Shown here piece after piece: positions 38,950 to 51,442 of a stretch of DNA of 64,000 nucleotides (its first letter is position 1; each line of letters starts with the position of its first letter). This stretch comes from Pseudovirgaria hyperparasitica (lineage: Eukaryota). The DNA is taken from the NCBI GenBank assembly GCA_010093815.1, contig ML996573.1. One strand, written 5' to 3'. Below the pieces are notes generated by a model that was given only the letters and a program-made list of their open reading frames with translations, did not search any database and was not told the origin of the DNA. A program made the position numbers and the translations under genes.

Positions 38950-41900
38950 TATACTACTATACTATCTAGTCTCTTAGAAGCTACTTAACTAACTACCTTA
39001 CTTACTTCTATATCTCTATAGGATTACTAAAGTATACGCCTAATACTAGTATATCGGGTATAGTTATTACTACTATAGATATATCTCCTTTTTCTAGATC
39101 TAAGACTTATTTCCTTATACTTTCGATTATCTAGTCTAATATAGTAAATCTACTCTTAACCCCTAAATAGTCTAAAACTAAAGTATATATATATACTATA
39201 GGCTAATATTATCTATAGTAATAATATCTTATACTTATTTACGGCCACGTCTTTTTACATAGATATTAGTCTACTAATATAATATAACCGGTAACTATTA
39301 GGTCTTATCCCTTATAGACTTACGAAGCTAAGGCTAGTAAAATATATAGAGAATCTAACTTATTTAATCTAAAATCTTTATATACCTTATTTATACTAGA
39401 CGTACTTAGGCCGGCCGGTAAATATACTAATATTTTTAATTTTACGTATAAATATAGTACCTATATATATATTAGTAAATTATATTACTAGTAAGTACTA
39501 ATATAAATACTTACTATATATAGGAATATTACGGTTACTAGTATAGTAGATATAATTATAATTTTCTCTAGTTAGTTAGCGAATATTTAACGCACGTGTT
39601 TAGTATTTTTATTATAAACCTTTTTATTAATAAGCTTATAGAGCTAGTTTACCTTCGAAGCGACTCCTTTTAAAGCTAGTAAGATTATATTCTTTTATAT
39701 ACTATTATCTAGCTAGAGGAGTAATTCGCGTATAGAATTAACGTTTACTCTATCTAGTATACTATTATTATCTATTAACGGACGTATAAGTCTAATTTTA
39801 ATATATTCCTTACTTATCCTTTTATTAGTAAGGTATATAAGTAGTATATATATAGTAGCTAGCCTAGCCTTATAGTAGTACGTGTTATATCTAAGCCCGT
39901 TTAATTTACCCTAGGCGATAGCTTATTTAAGGAGCCTTCGGCCTTTATCCTTGTATAACTATATAATCTACTTCTCTATATCTATAGCGGCGATATATAT
40001 AATATCTACTACTAGGGTTACTATTATAGATAGATAGTTCTTTCTATTAAACTACTTACTTAGTTATCTCCTTTATAGAATAAATAGTAAATATTAATTA
40101 GCTACTATATATAGTATATACTTACTATCCGTAGTTTCTAATACTATACTAACTATACTAGCTATTATCTCTACCGGCTTATTTTTTATTTAAGAGAGGA
40201 GTTTATTTAACTACGTTATAACTATCTTTCTTATAGATCCCTTCTATATACTCTTAAATACTAATTTAGTAGTATTATTATTAACGTAGTTAAGTAACTA
40301 ATCTAGAATATCTATTTTAATAGCTAATAGAATATCTAATAGACTATTCGAGAGGGGCGTTATACTAATCTATATACTAAATATAAAGGGATTAAGTCGT
40401 GTATATCTATACTATTTTATTATAGGTTTTTTTAAGGTATGGAACTTATCTACTATAAATATACCGATAAATACTATGTTATAGGTTTAAATAATATTAG
40501 CGCTAAATTTTTTCGTCTTCTTCTCTTTTAGAACTACGCGTCTAGTAAAGTTTATAATATATTAGATCTCTATACTTTAGATAGTAGTATAGACTATATT
40601 ATTCTTTGTATATTATAATAGAAATTTAATAGTAGCGGTCTTATTAACGTAAATTAACTACTCCTTAGTAATATACTCCTTACTAGTCTTATATTTTATA
40701 GAATTACTAATATTATTATAATATTTCTATTTAGGGTTAGAGTACCTCTTAGCTAGATAGTATATGTCTATAGATAAGAGTTATTAGATATTAGAGGCGT
40801 TAAGAAGGGTTTTCGAGTATACTAACCGTACTACTATCTTTATCGGGTTCTATTTATTAATTTTATTAGTAAACATACTATCTATATTATAGTATATCTA
40901 GTTAAAGCGCTATAGCTAATATAATACTAGAAGGTTCCTTAGATAGTATAGTATAAATAGTCCTTAGAGGCGGGGTATCTTACTAAATTTATTAGTCTAG
41001 CTACACGGATATTTAATCGGATATAGAGATTATATTAGGTACTTTCTATCTATACCTAGGTCTTAAGTTAGTAGTAGGTGCTTTTCTAGATATAGTTCTA
41101 TATTATTATATAGAAAGTTCTAATAGAATATAAGGTAGATAAACGTTATAAGCACGATAGTCTTCCCTAGCCCTAGACTATCTACTAAGATCTAGTAGTT
41201 CTACGGACCTACCTACTACTTAAATATAGTAACTACTATAAGTAATTAGCCGGTCTATAGTCTATATAATCTACTTATACTAAAGACTAGATATAGAATA
41301 GGTATATAGCTAAAGTCCTTTATTAGATTATCTAGTATAAGCCTAAATATACTTATAGTAAGTAACTATATCTCTTCTATATAATAAGAGATAGCTTAGA
41401 TTACTTTATTAGAGTTATTAACGGCGAATACTCTATAGATATATTAGTATAGTAGTATATATTTCTACTCGCTACTTAGTATAACTTACGCTTCCTAAAG
41501 TTTTATACTAAGGTTATTATCTACTAGAAGATTATTATCCGTATCTAGTTTTACTTTATCTTTATTAGACTTATTATCTAGGGGATAGATAATAAAGGTA
41601 ATATTATCTATTAATATATTATCTAATATATCTAATATATTTCTACTATATAAATCGTCTATTAACCCGATTAGATTCTAGTACTTAAGTATCTACCGGT
41701 TAATATCTAGTAGTATACTATATTCTAGTTTTAAGCGTTTAGAAGAATCTATAGGGTTTACTATATTATTCGAGAGTATCCTCTTTATTACTAGTAACTA
41801 TAGATAAGCTTTACTAGTATCTAGAGGTATAATAGTATCCGTTATATAATTATCTAAGTTAGTAATTATAGCTATATCTATCTTTAATACTACTCTAATG

Positions 41901-42650
41901 TTAGTATCTAGTACTAAGTATATATATATATCTAAGTATACTTATTATGTTATCTTCTATTTTAGTATCTTCTATAACTACTTTCTCTTTATATTCTAAC
42001 GGTAACTATAACTATATATCTATAGCTAGTATATTTACGCGTATATAAGCTTCGCTAGATACGATAGTACTTATAGAGGGATTATCTAAGTTAGCGAGTA
42101 TAGCCGCATCTATCTTTAATACTACTCTAATATTAGTATCTAGTACTAAGTATATATATATGTCTAAGTATACTTATTACGTCGTCTTCTATTTTAGTAT
42201 CTTCTATATTCTCTTTCTCTTTATATTCTAATAGCGACTATAACTATATATCTATAGCTAGTATATCTATATCTAGTTTAGCCTCCGTTATATCTATAGC
42301 TATAACTATTAGTATTAACTTACTATCTATAGCCGCGATATACTAATTAAATTCTTTAGTAATAGTTTCCTCGACTATTCTAATAAGTATAGTAGTATCT
42401 ATACTACTATTTTTAAGCTCTTATAATACTTTTCCGCGTACTATCTTAATAATAGTATCTCTATATATACTATAACTTATTTTAGATAGTTAGTATAGGC
42501 CTTAGAGATACTAGATATATAGTAGAAAGGCGCTAACGCTTAAGGCCTCTATACGTCGTATATATATATTATAGTTAGCTATTCTATAGCTAGTAGTTAA
42601 GCTAGAACGGTCGTAACTCTTACTATACTTATATATTTCTATATATAACT
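38950..42650 (-). pseudogene. RIP-inactivated SNF2-family (SF2) helicase/ATPase
   Basis: Motif I ILVDSLGLGKT (41159-41192), II FIVDKFH (de-RIP DEFH, ~40440-40460), III SITPLSN (~40345-40366), IV IFAN (~39580), VI de-RIP QERIHRIG (~39135-39160) in correct order; ends approximate. Confidence 0.8.
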
Positions 42651-43310
42651 TAGGTTATAGGTAATAAGACGGAGTTAGTAGCGATAAGAGTTAAAAACTA
42701 TATTTAGGCGGTAGAGGTTAAGTTACCGCGTTTACTAATTATAATATAATTTCGTAAAGTACGGAGGAAGTAAAGTATATAAGTAAATATTTAATTATTA
42801 GTATAGATCTTATACGAATATAATCATAGTAATAATATAGCTAGTAGAACCGGGCGTATACTAATATAAAATAGGTAGACGCTAGCTTATACTAGTATAT
42901 TAATGTCTTAATTAAATATACGTACTACGGTTATATAGCTAGTAGAATCGGGTATATACTAATATACTATAGGTAGAACCCGTCTTATATTAGTATTATA
43001 TTACCTTAGCTAAACACGCGTACTACTCTTACTACCCCTAGTATCCTTTTTATTATTCTATTACTCTTTATAATTAAGATCTATATCCTCTATATCTAAG
43101 ATACTTCTAAGGCTTTTAAAGTTACTATCTTTAGAGTTTATAGATTAGTCTTATAGCTTTCTAGGTACTAATAGTAGTATATATAGTATTACTAGAGGAA
43201 GGGTTAAGTCGTTTAGGTAATACTATCTACTATCTATAATACTATCTCTATAGGTATCTCTACTATTATAGGCGGTAGCTTTCTATTACTATTATTATAC
43301 TAGTTATAGT

Positions 43311-46300
43311 AAAACTTCTTACACCCTAACGGACTAAACTAGTTAATTTGGGGTAAAACAGCGATTTACATACATCAAACAATAGAGTATACTAAGTATA
43401 ACAACCTCCGACACACGTGCGTACGTATAGTATATAATACGCGATAATACTAATGTATAGAGATACTATATATATACGCTCGAAGACTCTTCGATAACAC
43501 GAGTATAGACTATATCTAATAAACGCCGACACGCCGACCCCCTTTTATTAGTTAAGGGCTACCCTTAACTAATAACCATGGCGGCCTTAGGTATTGTAAT
43601 ACCCCGGTAGACGCCGGATATACCCCTACTAGTATAGTAGAAACGGCTATATAGCGATATTAATATAGATAGCTAGACACCTATCTAAAATATAGGAACT
43701 AACTAAGGGTGCGAAGCGCTATAGATAATCTAGACTAAGAGGACCCTAAGAGGGGAGACCCTCCTAGATAAAATTAAATACTAGGTAATACGTGTAGAGA
43801 GGGACGCCGAGAAGAGAAAGAAGACCCTTCTTTATATATTCTAGGACCTTATCCGGAACCTAAGAGGAATTATAGAGGAAGAAAGGAAGTCGCTACGAGA
43901 GGAACCTAGTAGTAGACTTAACCGAATAGAAGCTAGCCTACGGAGAATCTAGAAAGAGCTATCCTAAGGTAAGCGCCCTAACACGTAGGCTTAGATTATA
44001 GTAACACCTAGAGCCACCGTACTAAGGACTACTAGAACTATAGATAGAGTATATAGTATACATGTCGTAATCTAGAATAAGAACACGCTAGCGTAGATCT
44101 AATAGATATCTCTAAAGGAAATTATAAATAAGATTAACGAATAGAAAGGAATGTAGTTAAGCGTCGTAGCTACTAAAGTTACGCTAGGTAGGGTAGTACT
44201 TACTACTATAACGAATACTACGTAGTAAAACATCTCGCGAGATTCGAATATAATAGATAGTATCTTCCCCGGCGCGTCTATTAGAGTAGCTATATACCCG
44301 ATTATAGTATATATAGTACCTATACGGGGATAGGCTATCGGAGCGGAGGATATTACGTGTATAGAATAATCTAACACGCGAAAATACCTAGAGATTAAGA
44401 TCGTAAAAGCGTGGTAGAAGAACCTATAGGCGATTAAGACGACGGCGAAAAAACACTCTACTATAATTATAGAGCTCTAAGACCCCGCCCTCGTATAATA
44501 TATTATATAGAAGGGATTCCTAGTAGAAGGAGAGCTCCTTATAGCCGAGCCATGGGATAGGGTATAGGTAATAATATAGTGCTTTAACTATTAAGGGTAT
44601 AGATATACTATATAAAGGTACTTATAGAAGACTAAGTGCGGATAGTGCCGTAGGGACCACGCTACCTAGGAGTGCCCTTATAAACCGTGAGGAGACGGAC
44701 TAAGAAACAGGGATATAGTATAGTATTTAAACTACGACGGGAAATACCCGTCGTGGTCGTTAACGTATATAAAATATAAATAGATCATAGAATATATTCG
44801 TACGATAAAAGCGAGAGGCGTAAGATAGTTATAGAATATAACATCTACCACGGGCCCTTCCTTTATAATACCCCTAACCTCCTCTCTAGAAGATAGTTAG
44901 ATAGGATAGTAGACTATCCCGAAGACGATAGGACGACTAAAAGGTATAGTTAAAGCCGCTGCCGCGCGAGGATAGTCGCGCCTCCAAGGAATAAGTATAT
45001 AGATATATATACTCTCTAGTACCTAATAAGGGACTAGAATATACTCTAAATTATATAGATAAATATATAATATAAAAGAGAGAACTAGGCGACGCTTCTT
45101 AAAGAGACCGGGGCCATAATACTCGCCATCTAGGAACCCTATAAATACTACTAGACGAGTAAACTAACCACACACCCCGGATACCATACTATATACCCTC
45201 TAGGACTAGAAAGACGAGTCCTCTTCTATATTCATAGGTTAATACTACTCTTATTATAGTCGTATACCGAGCGCGATAACCTTAGGATAATACTATACCT
45301 ATAAATAGATATAGGCCCCCTATATATATATAACATATATAACTAATAATATATACTTATACTAGACGAGATACTTAAGGGTACCACGGAACTAGGGTAA
45401 TATATCCTCCTAGAAGACTTTAACCTCTACTACTAATAGTAGGGAGGCCTAGCCATAGTAAGGGAAGAACTTAGAGTAAGGGAACTACGCACCCGCTACC
45501 ACGACTTTCTATACCTACTTATACCTATAGAATAAGTTATATAGAAAAAATATAAATAGGACGAAGACGGGTCTATACTTAACCTTACCTTCGCCACGGA
45601 GTATATTAGTTACCGGATCTAATACTACCGCCTAAGCTAGGTATAGACGGATTCCAACTATAAATATATAGAAACCGTAATAAATATATATACCCCGAAT
45701 AAATAACGGGGACAATAGATATAGAAGGATACTAACTAGAAAAAGTACCTAAAGGACCTAGAATCGGCGATCCTAGATCCCTCTATAGTTAATATATCTA
45801 ATAATCTAGCCATAGACTAGGCCGTATAGATACTCCTATAAATATACTAGAATACGAGAAATAAACACGTACTATACTAAATATACCGGCCCCCGGAAGT
45901 AAAGGGGATTCCTTAAGTATAGGAAAGTAGATAAGACGCCCAAAGGCTATATATACGCGTATACCGTACGAGAATACCCGAGTCGTAGAAAGAATAGAAG
46001 GAAGTAATATAATAACGCGATAAAGTCCTCCGTAACGAAAGGCGTAAATAGTAGTATATAATTACTAGTTAATAGACATGATACGTAATAGGGCTATGGT
46101 ATATAGCGAAATAGGCCAAGGGCGTAGACACTCCGACACCCCCGCTACTTATACCTCCCCTAATATATTAGGGGAGAATATACTCTACGAGCCTTAAGAA
46201 AACTAAGGCCCTACGGGAGGCTATATTCCCTCTCCCGGAACTAGTAGACCTATTAGATATTCACGGCGCTAAATATCTATATACGGTAGATATCCCTAAA

Positions 46301-48572
46301 GAAGTTACGGAGGAGGATATACTTAATATTATTAAGATACTCCTAAATAATAAAGTACCCGGACTAGATAGAATTCTAAATCGATGCCTAAAAAGTACTA
46401 TAAAAGTGACCCTACCGCTTATTACTTATATATTCTAAGTATACGTCACGTAGGGGTACCACCCCTAGAGCTTCTAAGTCGCCTATACTATTATACTCCC
46501 GAAACTAGGAAAGAGCCCTAACTCCCTAAAGGGATAGAGACTAATCGCCCTTCTCTTCTACCTAGGTAAGATACTAGAGGCTATGGTAGCGAAGAAGATG
46601 AGTACCGCGGTATAGAAATATAATCTCCTCCCTCCGAACTAGAAGGTAAAGGTAGATAGCTCTCTAATAATAGCTATCTAATATATTATTAAAGTCGTCT
46701 AGGCCGTATGGAAATAGGAACGGGTAGTATCGCTTCTCTCCCTCGATATAGCCGGAGCGTTTAATAAGGTAAACTATATAAGACTTATTTATAACCTCCG
46801 GATAAGACGAATACTAGAATGGATTATACGCTTTATATAGTTATTCCTTATAGGAAGAATAACTTAGATATATATCCCTAGGTACTAGAGCGAATATAAA
46901 GAGACGGTATATAGCATCCTATAAGGGAGCACTATCTCTCTAATTCTATTCCTCTTCTTTACGGTAGACCTTCTTTAAGGAATAAAGTATATAGAGGTAG
47001 TTAGATACGCCGATAATATATACCTTCTAGCTATTAATAATAATACTAACCGAACGTATAGACGACTAGAATAGGACTACGAGAGGTGCCTCTAGTAGGT
47101 AAAACGCCATAGAGTAAAGTTCGCCCTAGAGAAATACTAGCTTATGTACTTTATTAACCGTTAAGGGAAATAGATAACTAGGGAAGATAAATAACGCCCC
47201 TAAATCAACGTATTTAACGAACTACTAGTATAAAGTATACGCGCGCTCGGAGTTATACTAGATAGTAAGCTTAAATAGGGACTATAAGTAGTATACGCCG
47301 TCTCTAGGGCCCTCCGGGTAGAAGCCGCTATATAATAGATTATAGCCTCTATATAGGGAACCGCCCGGGATAAGGTACGCTAGCTATATATATCTATAGT
47401 ACGACCCGCCTTCACGTACGGACACGAGTGCTAGTATATAGCCCTTATATAGACTAGGCGAATAAAGCTCGAATCCATATAGAACCGTATACTCCGTCTT
47501 ATATTAGGCGTATATAAAGCTACTAATACGGTACTACTACGACGCGAGATAGACGTTATAAGTATATATAACTTCTACTAGATATAGAGGGTAGTATACT
47601 TTACTAAATAATAAGTATAGGAACGTATAGAAAACGTAGAATATACTTTCGCCACGCTACGTGTATAAATTAGTATATATTACCGCGTACTCCTATATAT
47701 AGACCGGAATTAAATACGGTATAGATGCTTAATAGAAGCTAACTCTAGCTAAGTAGTATAAGAAGTCCGAGATAACCCGGACGCTCTTCTAGACTAGTAG
47801 AGCCTTTAAGAACTTATAAAAAATATACGGTCGTGGACTTAAGATAAGTAGAAAGAGGCACTCTATGCCCACTAGACCTCCTAGTAGAATAGGTACCTAG
47901 AGTAGATTTAAGGGCCATAGAAGGAACTAAGTAAATAGATATATAAAGGGCTAATAAAAGTCTAAGTATCTATACTTATCTAAGCCCGAACGGGCGCTAT
48001 AGAACTTCTATACTATATCTATAAGAGAGGCGTTCCTAATACCTCCCTATAGTATAAGGCACACAGCCAGAGAGGTATAATACACCACTATCTAGCTATA
48101 TACCCTAACCTCTATATATAACAGTAATAGCTTATCTACATTATAAAGACTTTAGATATCGTATAATAGCTTAATAAGTACCCTAAGAATATCTCCTAAT
48201 AGATACTTATATATCTACTACTCCTCTAGTACTAGTAGACCCGGAAATATATACCGGAAGAGACCCGGTATACGCCGGTAGTAACCTAATATATACCGGA
48301 AGAACCCTAGGAGAACCCCGATTATTAGTTAAGGGCAGCCCTTAACTAATAACCTCCGCATCTACACGTGCTACCTAAGGGCGAAATAATAGTAATATAG
48401 ACTATAGGCTAATAGGCGTACCCTATAGCTATATACTTAAGACGAAACAGAGGTTTAACGAGATATAGTTATAGATATAAGGAAGTTTTTCCCTATAGGG
48501 TTTCTTCTTATATAGTGGCTTAGACTAGAGGAGGCATAGGCCTATAGAGTACTACTCTACCTAGTTATATAA

Positions 48573-48600
<28 letters not shown>
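43311..48600 (+). mobile_element. Full-length Tad-clade-like LINE, RIP-mutated (copy A)
   Basis: TSD atactagttatag(t/c) 43297-43310 / 48601-48614; ORF1 ATG 43578 with CCHC knuckles ~44575-44770; ORF2 with APE endonuclease (LLEDFNL ~45410), RT (PGLDRI ~46360, QGS ~46922, YADN ~47006), C-terminal Cys/His motif; (TAT)n tail. Confidence 0.93.
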
Positions 48601-48603
<3 letters not shown>

Positions 48604-48614
48604 CTAGTTATAGC

Positions 48615-49540
48615 GAGTATAGTATTAGAGATAGAGAGGCGGATTTATTTAAGTATAATCTATATATAGCCGTCTATGCTATTATATATTAGTTACTAGT
48701 TTATATTTTATTTTACTTCTAGTATACTATCTATATTCTATCTAAGGCCGAGGAGTATTATACTATTACTATATTCTAGAATACGTTTAATTACTAACTA
48801 TAGAAGCTATCTAATATCTATCTCTAGTTCCGTTTTACTTATTATATACTTAACTAGTAGTATAATAGAATATATGGTAGTATAGCTCTAGTTAAGTACT
48901 CTTCTAGTCTTTATTATATATTAGACTCTAATTCGCTATATAAATACTACTAAATTAATATATAAAGCGTCGCTATAATCTTTCTACTAGTTAGACATAG
49001 ATACTAGTATTTTAAGAAATGTATTATCGTTAAACCTAATCGTAAATTTAATTTTTCTTATAGTATATACGTTAGTAGACTATAGAACTACTATAAGTAT
49101 AGGCTATAAGGTCGTAGTATATAAGAGCTATAAGATTATAATAGACGGGGGTTATAAGGTCGTAATAGGCGGAGGTTATAAGGTTATAATAGGCGGGGAT
49201 TATAAGGTTATAGGATATAGGGCTATAATTACGCGCCTCTTCTTATACTTAGAGATAGTTTTTCTATAATATATAGTTTTCTATACTATAGTACATACCT
49301 AGTCGTAGATATAGTATAGCGCCTTTATCTCTATATACTCTACTACTCTTTTCTATACTACTAGAAATTTACCCGCTATCTTATTAATAATCTTATATAC
49401 TCTTTTTATACTAAGCTTATTCTTAGTTTAATACCTATAGTCTATAAGTAGAGTAGCTATATATACTTCTATATATAGCTACCTTATATACGCCTCTATA
49501 GCTTTACGCTTTACTTATATATCTAGACTTAAGATATAAA
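48615..49540 (-). pseudogene. Degenerate unknown gene of unit D with 24-bp coding repeat (PPITTLQP-like)
   Basis: Long minus frame with only RIP-type stops; ggttataaggtcgtaataggcgga-type units ~49100-49215; probably continues left of LINE A (43000-43310). Confidence 0.4.
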
Positions 49541-50615
49541 GTAGTACTATAGTAATTACTATATTCGGACGGTTACTTTATTATAGAATTAGATTTAATA
49601 TATTAATTGTATATAGTTAACGTGCGTAGTTAATATTTGTATTTATAATTTATAGACTAATTATATAGTATATATATAGTATATTATAGGCGTAAGGAAG
49701 ACGGAGGTATAGATTAAATAATAGAGATAGAAGCTAGAATAACGAGGTATCTACTAGGTAAAACTTATTTATATCCTTATTATTCCTCGAATACGCGTTT
49801 ATAATATATATATAACTCAGCGTGGCGTAGTTAGGTGTATAGTTATTTACTTTATATCGTCTAATACCCTTAATAGAATTAGATAGCTATAATTCTTATC
49901 TTATAATATTATATTATAGGCGACTACGTCTAGGACGGTATATAGCTATATATATATAAGGTACCGCGTTAGTCTTATCCTATTTTATATTTATATACTT
50001 ATCCCTAGGTACTCTCCGAGTATTATACGCCTATATTTTATTATATTCGAGTATTATATTCTTCTATGCTTTTAAAGTACGCGATATTTAGGTTTACTAT
50101 ATTCTATATATATTATAGTTAAAGTCTAAAGGTAGAGGCTTTGATTAGGGCGTATGTTTTTTTATATTTTCTCTTTAGATAGTAATATCTCCTAATATAA
50201 AGGCTAGAAGTAGTTTTAAAAGTATAAAGGGGATAACTAAAGGAAGTCTACGTTATTAGACCGGGGCTTATAGTAGATATAGAATTATATTTATTTCTTA
50301 ATTAGTAGATACTAGTTAACGTACCTAGTGGCGCCGTATTATCTAATAGCGCGTCTATACTAGAGTAGATATAATAGAAATACCCTTAATAGGTCTTTAA
50401 TAGAGCTAAACTATCTATCTAGTAGAATATTATAACTATATCTAAAATAGATATAGAGGTATACTTACTAAGAAGCTATAACTAAGTAGCCCTAATATAT
50501 AAGTCTAATTATATACTATTACTAATTAACTTCTATATCTTTATATATCGTAATACCGCTATCTTAGTCGGTATTCTTATAGTCTCTATCGTTCTAGCCA
50601 CTAGTAGTTACTTTA

Positions 50616-50705
50616 TTAGTAGTATTAGCTCTAATAGTATTAGTTCTAGTAGTATTAGTTCTAGTAGTATTAGCTCTAGTAGTATTAGCTCTAGTAGTAT
50701 TAACT
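50616..50705 (+). repeat. 15-bp tandem repeat, ~6 copies
   Basis: ctagtagtattag(c/t)t units; de-RIP compatible with ccagcagcaccagct (PAAPA). Confidence 0.85.
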
Positions 50706-51442
50706 AGATTATTACTATTTATATATACTAGTAATTTAGTATAGCTAGGATAATAACGCTAAGTATAACTAGTAGTCTTATAATTATAATAAAACGTATC
50801 CGTAAGCGTCTTAGGTTTAGGGTAAATATTAGCTTTATAGCTAATATTCTAATAGTTATTATATATAAGCGTTAACCCTCTTAGATACTTAATAGACTTA
50901 TATCCTTTAATATTATATTTATAGTAGACTAGCGGCTTACGGGGCTTAGTACTATCGGTAGTTTATTAATTGCTTTATTCTTCCCTCTCTCTAATACTAA
51001 GTATAGAGTAACTATATTAGAGATTAGATATATTAGAGAGTAGAGAGAGACTATCTAGGTTAGGGGTCGTATACGTATATATCGTATAAATCTTAGAATA
51101 CTTATTCCATATCTTACTAAGCACGCTATCTAGGACTTTCTACCTCTTAAGAGATATAAAGTTAGTAATAATAACTATTATCTATTTAGCGCGTGTAATA
51201 GTAATAATATTATAGTTTACTTCCGAGAGGAAGCTAAAGTAATTAGTTTAGACCGGGTTAATAAGAACTATATTATTATTATAACTCTAAGAACCGTCCT
51301 ATAAACGCTATTAGATAAGCTTCTATACCGGCTTAGATAGAGTATTAAATCGAGCTTTATCCGCTACGGTAAGTATAGTTAGAAGTAAGTTTCTAACTAT
51401 CCCTTTAAATAGATTACGTTAGACGGCGTATATAGAAATATA

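Noticed and set aside
44099..44377. ORFs 44099..44377 and 55659..55964 as membrane-protein genes
   Set aside because: Antisense shadows of RIPed LINE ORF1 in the two LINE copies
48400..48465. Hammerhead-ribozyme-like CTAATAG...CGAAAC..GTT in the LINE 3' UTR
   Set aside because: De-RIP gives CUGAUGG rather than CUGANGA, and no stem I pairing was found
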